The notes under the pieces were generated by a model. That model was not told where the DNA came from. It did no database searches and saw nothing but the letters and a program-made list of their open reading frames with translations. Position numbers and translations under genes: made by a program. 64,000 bases of DNA from Eledone cirrhosa (Eukaryota), in contig OZ024745.1 of the NCBI GenBank assembly GCA_964016885.1, positions 90,334,001-90,398,000 on the forward strand. Reading direction: 5' to 3'. Shown piece after piece: positions 53,823 through 64,000 of the stretch. How positions within the stretch are numbered: position 1 is the stretch's first letter; every line of letters begins with the position of its first letter.

Positions 53823-56800
53823 CTACAGGCTGATATAGAGAGAAGGCCCATTCACTCGGGCCATTCTCGCCACTTTCACCCACCTTTCATAAAACTTGCT
53901 GGGGTACAGCACCTCTCTCTCCATCCTGATTCTTCTTCCAAAGTGGTATTTGAAAAAAAGAATCAGTTGTTGGCCGGAGAGAAAGGTGTCTGACCTCAGC
54001 CCTTTCAACCTTGTCCACCATACAACCTCTTTCGCCATAGCTATCACACAAAGGAAAACCGCCTCTCCTTCGGTTTTGAAGGAGGGTGGCGGTTTGATCA
54101 TGACAATGGACTCGGTGGTCAACCGGATTGGTCCCACCCGCGACAATAGTCGTTCTACATAGCCCCACAGGTCAGTGACGCCCGGGCAGTGTATGAATGC
54201 GTGCGCGACGGTTTCTTCGTCTCGCACGCACCTCGGACATATCTTTTTTGCAGGGTCCCTGCCCGGGCGCCCTTGTCTGTAGAGCTTGTCTCGAACTGGT
54301 AGAGCTCCTCGGTAGCACTGCCAGGCCAGGGACTTTTGGAAGTTTTCCATCGGTCCCGGGCGGAAGGTCCTACCGAACAGACTGGCTAGTTCATCTTCCT
54401 CTGCGCCTAGAGTTTCACCGAGCGCGTCGTCGCACTTGCTGCGGATCAACCCTCTATAGAATGACGAAGTAGAGTCTCCACTGATCGCCGGGTCCGCCTG
54501 CCAGAGGGCTGTGAGCGCCTGAGCACATTTGATGTGCCAGTCGCCCATTTTCCTCGGTCTTTGCTTGACCCAGGACTGCAGCTCGGTCAGCGAGACGAGT
54601 CGTGGGAAGGCTCGCCTCACGAACGGGGCCCACACCGGTTGTCCGGTGAGGAATACGTAGAGTTGCCGCAGCCTGAGCGCGTGTTTGCGCATCGTCAACC
54701 ACGGAATCCCCAGCCCTCCGTTAGAAGGGTGTTGGCAGCAGATGGATCTTCTCACCAAAGGAGCGTTTTGGCTGGACAAGGCACGACGGTCAAGCGGTAG
54801 TAGATGGCGGACGCTATAAAAGTGTTCGCCACCTCCGCTCGACCTTTCAAGGATAGTTTGCACTCGGCCGACTTCTGGGTGAGTGCAAACACCTTGGCCG
54901 TCACTTCGTTCCAGTTCTTCGTCACCTGGAGGTCCGGACCAAACCAGACCCCGAGCAGCTTTACCGGTCCTTCCGTCCAGCGTCCGACGACGCCATCGGA
55001 AGGCATCGGTTTGCCTTTCCACGATCCGAGTTGCAAACCGATGGACTTGTCCCGGTTCAGCTTCGCTCCTGTGAAACTTTCGTATTCCTTCAGTAAGGTG
55101 CCGACTTCCTCGATTTGCGAGGCGCTCGACACCATTACTGTAACGTCGTCGGCGTAGGCCGACGCCGCTTTCCCAGTCCCGGTTCCAGAGGGATGCCCTG
55201 CAATAGCTCCAACTTCCGCAGTAGTGGCTCGAGAGTCAGTACGTACAGAAAGGAGGAGAGAGGGCATCCCTGTCGAATGGATCGCGTAATATGGAACGGC
55301 TCCGAGAGGTAGCCGTTCACCTTGACCCTTCAGTAGATGTTGCTGTTGTGCATTGCAGCAATCCAGCCCCTGAACACGGGTCCGAAGCCTGCCGCCTCGA
55401 ACACCGCATCCAGGTAACGATGGTCAACCCTATCGAAAGCCTTAGACTGAACCAAGTTGATCAGGGCCCCACCGAAGCCGGGTTTACACCCTACCCTCTC
55501 TATGATGTATCGCATGAGGTGGAGGTTGTCGTGTATGGACCTGGTCGGGATTGCGCATGTCTGCGCTTCTCCTACCAGGTTCTCAACGACAAGCGCCAGC
55601 CTCTTTGCCAACACCTTGGCCAAAATCTGTAACTCTGTGTTTAGCAGAGTTATGGGCCGGAAGTTGCATATGTCATCCCCCTTATTCTCGTCCTTCCTGA
55701 CTAGTGTGACCACGCCCCCGGTTACAGAACTGGGAATTCTATCGTTCTGTTGCCAGTTGCAGTAGACCGCTTCCAGGAGACCGGAGAATAAGTCCGGCAT
55801 TGCTACGTAAAATTCGTAGGGTATACCGTCGAGACCTGGAGATTTGCGTTTGCCGCATTGGCTCAGCGCGTCCCCTATCTCAGCGGCTGAAATCGGCTTT
55901 TCGCAGAACTTTGCCTCGCTGTCCGAGAGTCGCGGTAGGCCGTCGAGGTATGGACCGAAATCCATAGCTCCTCCCGGCGCGCCGCCCCGCCCGAACAGTT
56001 GAGCAAAGTGCCGCTGAAAGGCCGCACATATCTGCTTCGGCTCACGTATCACGCGTCCGTTTTGGTCCTTCAAAGACCGAATCGTGGACTTGTTGCCACT
56101 TTTTGCCTCCGTCACTCGGGCCCAGCTAACAGCTTTGGCTCCCTCGTTTCCCAGAGTACGTATTTTGCTTGTGACAACGCAGCCCTCGTGCTTTGCGTCG
56201 AAGAACTGGTCCAATGCCGTTCTCGTTGCTAGCACGCTGGCTACGTTGCCACTTCTAATTGCCTCTTCTACTTTATCTACCAGTTCCTTCTATCTAACGC
56301 TAATTCTTTACTAAAAACTAACGAGTCTAATCTAACTGCCCTCTTGAGAGAGTACCACCATCTGTTGTTGACAATGGCCCCCGTCAAGTGCTTCTTAACT
56401 AAAGTGCTAATCCGTCTACTGTAGGCTTTGCATGTGGGTAACGACAAGTTCAGCTTCCAGTAGCCGGGTACCTGTCTATGGGTTTTGTCAAGGTTGACTA
56501 AGCAGGTCACTAATTTGTGATCTGAATAGGCAACCATAAACATTTGTGGACAGCTTAACATGTCCCTATCCTTCTTTCTAACTAGAACCCTATCTAGGTA
56601 CGATCTAGATGTTCCGCTGCGATTAGTCCACGTCCACAGTGGCACAGTCGGAAAATCTAGTCGATATCTATCGGCCAGGTCAAATCGGTCGATTAACTGT
56701 TTGAGGCTGTTACACCCCCCTTTATCGGGACATACTCCCACATAGTGCCAACGTGCATCTAGGATTCCATTCCAGTCCCCCACTAAAAGCAAGGAGCGGG

Positions 56801-57197
56801 ACGTTCCCAGAAAAGTCTCTAGACGCTTGAAGAAGTCTGGCCGCGGAGTCCGCGATGGGGCATATGCGGCCACGAGCCTGAAGGCTCCACCTTCACTACC
56901 GTCAACGTCTAGGACCACCAGTCGACCCTCCAGGTCCAGATGTATCGTCTGTGTTACGAGGCCCAGGTGTTTCCTCGGCAAAACGACAACCCCTCCCCCA
57001 CCTCCCGGCTGACTTAGAGATGCGTAGATCTCATAGTCATCGAAGATGGGAGCCAGCTGTCGCTCGCTGTGAATCCTGGACTCGCAGATGGTCATTACAT
57101 CCACACTGTGCGACCTGAGGTCGTTTAGGAGTTTGCCTTGTTTCCAGGGCATCCCCAGGCCGCGTACATTGACACATCCAACTCTTATATTGGCCAT
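53823..57197 (-). pseudogene. Tx1 ORF2 (APE endonuclease + reverse transcriptase + CCHC), several frameshifts
   Basis: NVRGL, GDWN, SYLDRVL, SDHK, KSPGLDG, NFRPITLLN, SKAFDRVDH, RQGCPLS, AYADD, CPRC..ETVAHAFIHC. Confidence 0.95.
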
Positions 57198-57470
57198 GTT
57201 GGTGCTGAAAAGTTAAAAGAAGAGGAAAAGAAATCACTCACCTCTTCGTCGCCTGGGGACCAGGCTGCACGATTTCCATCAGAGTGTTAGATGGGTTGTC
57301 TGGGTGGCGGGGTTCCGGCGGGGTGGGGACGGAGATATTTGGTGGGGAGGGCTGTCTGAGGTGGGTGTGTCTGGGGTGGAGAAATATTTTAAAAGGACGC
57401 GGTTAATTGGTTTAACACAAGGATTACCCACGTCCTTGGGAAAGTTTTAGGGACCCTAATCATCTTTAAA

Positions 57471-59155
57471 TTAAGTTTGTCTACACAGTTCGAAAAAGTC
57501 TTCGGTTTTCACCGAAGGGTCGTTGGAGATAACCTCCATTAAAGTTTTGTTTTCACTGTTTATGTATGTGTAATGTTTTTGTTGTGTTGTGTTGGTTATT
57601 GTCTGTTGTTCTTGTGTGGTGTGAGCTTTCGTTTTGTTGTAGGTGTTTGTGTTTGGAGTGATGTCGTGGTTTTGTTTTCGGGACGGGGGGGTTTGTAATG
57701 TTTGTAATGTTTGTGTTGTTTTTGTTGGTGGTTGTATGTTTGTAGTGATGTTTGTTGTTTTGTTGCTCTTGTGGTGTCTTTTCTTCTTTCTTTTCGAACG
57801 GAGAGGCTCTCCCTCATCGTCACTTGGTGATGATGAGGGGGCCTCGTCCGTTGTGGTGTCTGTGTTATTTGGAAGGGGGTATGCTTTGAGGAGCTGTTGT
57901 GTTTTGGGGTGTTTTGCAGTGGTTTTAGGTGGAGTAGGGTTGGGTGGGACTGTGCTTGCAGTTTGTTTTGTTGTTCTTGTTTTGGTTATGTTTGCGTGTT
58001 GTTGTTGTTGTTGTTGTTGCGGTGGTGGTTGTGTTGTTGTTTTGGGTGTTGGCAGTAGTGCCTCTTTTTTTTTGTAGTTAGCTGAGGACAGTAAGCCTTC
58101 AGGTGACCACTGCTTAAACAGTGGTAAAATGAAGGCCACCTACCCTCAACAGAAATGTTTATGTGTGAAATCCCATCCAGAGGCACACGTTGGGGTATTT
58201 TAGCTATCCGTTCTGGTCTCATTTGGACCAGAACTTCCAGGCTTGTACCATTGAATGTGCCTCTGGAGGACTTTCCCACTGAAATGATGGTGTCTTCATC
58301 GAAATCGATGAAGCCAGTCAAAATCCACCAGACGTTTACATTTGGTGCAATGTTCGAAATTTTTATCTTCTGGGTTCTTTTTCCCATGTATGTGGGGAAA
58401 AAGGTGTAAAGCGGGGACGCAATCGGTGACACAGAATAATTTTGTGCCGTCAATTGGTCTTTCAACAACACCGAAATGCTTCCAAAAAGTTTACGTTTTT
58501 GGATGAAGGCAATATCCTTCATGGAATTTTTCAGAACCAGTTCAATGTGGTTTTGGGATAATTGGACTGGTTTTTTCGACACATTTGTTTTTAGGATAGT
58601 TTCTCTACGTAACTGTTGAGGAGAAGTGATGCTGAAAGCACCACTCTCACCAAAGGTTACATACTGCTTTGTATCACCTAACAATTCCCTAGCATTGGAA
58701 ATGTCAAGGTATGTAAACAGTTCCGTCTTTTGGACGGTTTTTGCGAAGGAAATCTTTTCCTTGTTTGTGGAGTTGTTCGTGTTGCTGTTGTTGTTGTTGG
58801 TGTTGTTGTTGTTATCATTGTTGCTGTTGCTGTTGTTGTTGTTCTTGTTGTTGTTGTTATTGTTGTTGTTCTGGTTGGTGTTGTTCACATTTTTCATCTT
58901 ATTGGTGTTGTTGTTGGTTTTTTCGTGTGTAGTTGAGTCAATTGTTTCAATTTCTGCATTTTCTGTGTTTGTTGGTGTCTGTTGTCGGCTGTTATTTTCA
59001 TCTTTTGTTGTGTGAATATTCATTTCTTTACGAAACGAAGTATTGTTGTTGTTCGTCTCCATAGATACTTCTATGGAAATAGAGGGAGATATAACGCTTA
59101 TATCTGTCTCTTTCCTTCTCTTCTCGCAGTCTAGCGTTCGTTGTAAGTCACACAT
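57471..59155 (-). pseudogene. Tx1 ORF1 (gag-like, Asn-rich N-terminus, degenerate CCHC knuckle), frameshifted
   Basis: SFAKTV..PTYMGKRT.., YHCLSSGHLKAYCP; lies immediately upstream of ORF2. Confidence 0.85.
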
Positions 59156-59381
59156 TGTTAAAGTTAGGAAAATTTTTAAAACTTGTCAATTCTTTAAAAT
59201 TAAATTTCCGCCCCTGTGGGGCGAAAACTGAGATTACCACCCAGCTGACAATTCAGCCTGGGTGTTAATCTATCAAACAATATAAAATTTTACACAATGA
59301 ATTCTGTCTTTGTATGGAAAATTTTACAAAAAACTTACCAGCGATCTACCGCACGTCCGATAGAGAGAGATAGATAGATAT

Positions 59382-60930
59382 ATTTCTTTATTTGCCACAA
59401 GGGCGCACAAGAAAAGGGGATAATACAAAGACATGCCGGGGATTTTACATACATTCATGTAAAAAAATATAAAAACAAACAATTACAACAATCGAAATCC
59501 CCAATAGGGGGGAGGCGCCACAAATGGGTTGTTTAATACCCCGTCGATAGAACAACCCTCAACTGCAGGAGCGTGTTGTGCAAGTGCTCCTTTCTTCCTT
59601 TTGCTCTCTTCTTCAACCTACAGGCTTATAAACAGAGAAGGCCCAATCACTCGGGCCATTTTCGCTTCATTCACCCACCTTTCAGAAAATTTACTGGGGT
59701 GCAGTGCCTCTCTCTCCACTCTGATTCTCCTTCTAAAGTGATACTTAAAGAAGGAAATCAATTGTTGTCCGGAGAGAAAGGCATCTGTCCTCAGTCCTCT
59801 CAATCTCGTCCACCATATAACTTCTTTCACCATAGCCACCGTACAGAGGAAAACCGCCTCTCTTTCGTTTTTGAAAGAGGCTGGCGGTTTGATCCTTACT
59901 ATGTACTCGGCAGTCAACTGGATTTGCCCCATACGCGACAGCAATTGTTCTACATAGTTCCACAGGTCGGTTACGCCCGGGCAGTGTACAATTGCGTGCA
60001 GGACTGTTTCAATGTCCTGCGCGCATCTTGGATACGTCCTCTTGAAAGGATCCCTGCCGAGGCGTCCGTGCCTGTAGATCTTGTCACGAACCGGTAGAGC
60101 TCCTCGGTAGCACTGCCAAGCCAGGGACCTCTGGAAGTTGTCCATAGGTCCCGGGCGGAAAGTCCTACCAAACAGACTGGTGAGGTCATCGTCTTCGACG
60201 CCCAGTGTCTCTCCGAGCACGTCATCGCCCTTGTAACGTACAATCCCTCTATAGAATGTCGAAGTGGAGTCTCCACTGATTGCTGCGCCCGCTTGCCAGA
60301 GGACTGTGAGCGCCTGAGCGCATTCAATTTTCCAGGCGCCCATCGTTTTCGGTCTTTTCTTGACCCAGGACTGCAGCTCCGTCAGCGAGACGAGCTGTGG
60401 GAAAGCCTGTCTCACAAACGGTGCCCACACCGGTTGGAGTCGGGGAGGAATACCTGGAGATGCCGCAGCCTCAGACACGGCATTCCCAGCCCTCCGTTGG
60501 AAGGGTGCTGACAGCAGACGGATCTCCTCACCAGCGGAGCCTGCTTCTTCCACAGAAACTGGAAGAGCATGCGTTCCATCTTGGCGTGGTGTTCACGGGG
60601 ACAAGGCACGACAGTCAAGCGGTAGTAGATGACAGACGCTATGAAAGTGTTCGCCACCTCCGCTCGACCTTTCAAGGACAGTTTGCACTCTGCCCACTTC
60701 TGGGTGAGTACAAACACCTTGGCCGTGACCTCGTTCAGTTTTTCTCCACCTGGAGGTCTGGACCGAACCAGGGGTGAGTTAATTCTAAATCCACCTTTCT
60801 CTTCGAAAGTTACAAATTTTCTCCCTTGCTGGAGCATATCTCTTGCATTGGAGATGTCAAGATTTATAAAATCTTGTTTTTTGTTCACTGTTTCAGCGAA
60901 AGACATTTTCTTTTTTTTGTGTGGTGTTGC

Positions 60931-60967
<37 letters not shown>

Positions 60968-61512
60968 ATCGTTGTTAGTCTCGGTGTTGGAAATCTCAGT
61001 TCCTTGACGAGGTGAAACATTGTGTAGATGTATCTGTGGAGTTGTTGATGTCTTTTTCATGTGTATGTATGTTAATAGGTTTAATTTCTGTGTTTTCATG
61101 TGAGTTAGTGTTATTTTTCTCCGCTTCGACGGTAGAAATTGTACAATTTTCGAGTGGTAACATTTTTTCCTCTTTGTTGACAGTCGTATCTATGACGACG
61201 TCCATAGTAGCAGAAGCAGATATAACGTTGAAATCTGCCTCTTTCTCTCTCTTTTCTCTATTGACGTTCTCCAGCGTTCCCTTTGTGTTATTCGTGTTTT
61301 ATAGTTTGCAAAATTTGATATTTTAAAACAATTTTTAAATTAAATTTTCACCCCTAAAGGGGCGAAAACTGAGATTACCACCCAGCTGACAATTCAGCTT
61401 GGGGTTTAATCTACGAAATAATATGTTTTTTCAAACAATTTGTTCTGCTTTTCGTATATAAATTTTTAAAAAATCTTACCGGCGATGTTTCACACGTCAG
61501 ACAGAAAGAGAG
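59382..61512 (-). mobile_element. Internally deleted Tx1 element of a second subfamily (5' UTR + ORF1 start fused at about 60770 to the ORF2 C-terminus + 3' UTR)
   Basis: MSFAETV..FVTFEEKGGFRINSP is joined to tggttcggtcc (WFGP)..KLSLKGRAEVAN..FSERW. Confidence 0.92.
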
Positions 61513-61525
61513 ATAGATAGATAGA

Positions 61526-61833
61526 TTTCTTTATTTGCCACAAGGGCGCACAAGAAAAGGGGATAATACAAAGACATGCCGGGGATTTTACATACAGTCG
61601 TGTAAAAATTATAAAAACAAACAATTACAACAATCGAAATCCCCAATAGGGGGGGGAAGCACCACAAATGGGTTGTTTAATACCCCGTCGATAGAACAAC
61701 CCTCAACTGCAGGAGCGTGTTGTGCAAGTGCTCCTTTCTTCCTTTTGCTCTCTTCTGCAACCTACAGGCTTATAAACAGAGAAGGCTCAATCACTCGGGC
61801 CATTTTCGCTTCATTCACCCACCTTTCAGTAAA
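61526..61833 (-). mobile_element. 5'-truncated Tx1 3' end (same subfamily as 59382-61512)
   Basis: Nearly identical to 59383-59690. Confidence 0.92.
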
Positions 61834-61845
61834 GATAGATAGATG

Positions 61846-61877
<32 letters not shown>

Positions 61878-61878
61878 T

Positions 61879-62255
61879 GTTTCTTTATTAGCCACATGGG
61901 TACAAAAGAAGGGGACAAATACAAAGGGGGGAAGTTTAGATACAATAAAAACGTGTAAAATGTTATCACAAATGCAATTTAAAAAGTTAGTCGATTTTCC
62001 CCAATAGGCGGAGACAGTTCATATGGGTAACACATACCCCCGAAAAAATGTGCAACCCTCAACTCCAAGAGTACGAAGAGTTTGTACTCCTTTCATCTCC
62101 TCCTCATTTTCCTCAACCTACAGGCTGATATAGAGAGAAGGCCCATTCACTTGGGCCATTCTCGCCACTTTCACCCACCTTTCATAAAGCTTGCTGGGGT
62201 ACAGCACCTCTCTCTCTATCCTGATTCTTCTTCCAAAGTGGTATTTGAAAAAAAG
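61879..62255 (-). mobile_element. 5'-truncated Tx1 3' end (same subfamily as 53585-59370)
   Basis: Nearly identical to 53585-53960. Confidence 0.92.
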
Positions 62256-63697
62256 ATAGATAGATAGATAGATAGATCGATAGATATTTGCATAGTAATT
62301 ATATTCATATTCAACTTGGCATACTATGTATGCCAATTTGAACATTTATGCTTAAATTATTAAATATCTCGTGAAGACGTTTAGACCAAGTTTAATTGTT
62401 GTTTATAAGAGTTTTTTTAGAATAGTTATATACAAAATTATAGCGAATTTTCTTTATATATCTGTTGGGGAAACTAGTCTTGATGGGAATAAGACGAGTC
62501 TACGAACACTCATAAGCTCAATGCTATTGATGCTATGTGGTTTAAATTGACTTATAGAATTGTATTATGGTCAAAAGTCCATACTGCGGAAAAAAAGTTC
62601 TTTCACTTAACGGAAACACTTCCTGATAGAAAGCTGTCGGTTTGCTCTCAAATTATTCTATTCGGCAGTTACCCTAGTTTCGTAGAAGCAATCTATAATT
62701 AAGTTACAGTCAGATACTTTTGAGGTATATTATTCACTTTGCACCAAATGATAGTATCCAATTTGTTGTTTACTTCACAGTTAATTATAGTATAAAAGTA
62801 TTTGCGGCTATTGATCGTGTTTCAGAGATGGGTCGATCATTTTAGTGGTATGTTTAAATTAGTTTATCTGTCACTGTCTCCGCTAATTGCCGCTGAACGA
62901 TACAATCAACAGAGTACAGCAGACATATTCAATATCTATAAATCAGAAGTTAACTTATCCAGTCTGGTAACTTTTTGTTAACTATAGCAATGTCTAACAA
63001 AAACACATTGTTTAACTGCCAACAATATTTAAATGTATTCAGGTTTTTTTAGGTGCAAAATCTAAAAATGGTCATAGTTTTGCCAAAATTAGCTGTAGTC
63101 TTTGTGATATTAGATATTCCTCAAATATTGTTTTTACTCCAATATAACCTATAGTTGAAGAGGGATTATATGGATCACATTACTCGTCAAAATTGTATTT
63201 TATGAATTTATACAATCTAAGTTTTAATATAATCTTATCTTTAATTTATGGTGAATATACTTTATAAAATTAAAATAAATTTGTCACCACTCTATATGGA
63301 ATTTGGTAAACAAATTCACCGATTGCTTCAAATACAATTATAAATCGTTCCCTGCACCGAGTGAAGTTGAAAGCAGCTTTATTTGATGTAAACTCATCAA
63401 AGATACAAATTTTACAATTTTTATTAACAATATTGAACCTTTAACTTCAATGCAGTAATTTGCCGAGTTAACAACAATGAAGATAACCACAAAACAAATA
63501 TAGAGTTTCTACTAAAGATATTCGATACATTTAAAGATTTTTATGCAGAGTCGTTAGAAGGTCAGATAAAATGCTTTGCGGTATTCGTTCCCGCTCTCTA
63601 TTCACCGAGGTCACCTTTGCCTTTCATCCATTTGACGTCGATAAAAAAGTACTAGTCAGGTACTGGGATCGATTTTTCTTCTATATCTCTTTCTCAC

Positions 63698-63818
<121 letters not shown>

Positions 63819-64000
63819 CTCTCCTCTCTCCTTCTCTGGAAGAAATCTACTGTATTTAGACCAGAAGAGGAGATGGGATCCTCCAGGTTGTAAAATTGCC
63901 CTAGAAACGGCGTATGTCTATATGGCGCCCTTACGACTCTCTCCGAAGTTAGAGAACCATACATATATACCAATGTATAGTATAAAAGCATAATTTCTCG

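Larger units (their letters stand above)
53585..59370 (-). mobile_element. Near full-length Tx1-clade non-LTR retrotransposon (5' UTR, ORF1, ORF2, 3' UTR), inactivated by frameshifts
   Basis: About 5.8 kb with two ORFs; AATAAA at the 3' end; GGACGTG near the 5' end. Confidence 0.95.

Overview
AT-rich, microsatellite-dense eukaryotic (animal) genomic DNA, not prokaryotic. The Nin/Deu-domain tRNA SINEs and the repeat landscape resemble an octopod cephalopod (inference). The only host gene I can support is one ~890-bp minus-strand exon of an HSP70-12A-like gene (11287-12176). The rest is intronic or intergenic DNA packed with retroelements: Tx1/L1-clade LINEs, R4/Dong and RTE fragments, several Penelope-like elements (PLEs) including Naiad-type, about 25 SINE copies, a Helitron scrap, Tc1/mariner MITEs and tandem repeats. 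Highlights: (1) four Tx1 LINEs from two subfamilies lie head-to-tail, each bordered by (GATA)n, suggesting a (TATC)n-targeting Tx1 lineage; (2) two Naiad-type PLE pieces each carry a TGA at an expected zinc-finger Cys position, consistent with selenocysteine; (3) about 10 minimal type I hammerhead ribozyme motifs occur in PLE ends, some with the U3-A8 core variant; (4) a (TTAGGG)5 patch sits exactly at the breakpoint of an internal LINE deletion. Most six-frame ORFs are microsatellite artefacts. Coordinates were read by eye and may be off by a few bases.
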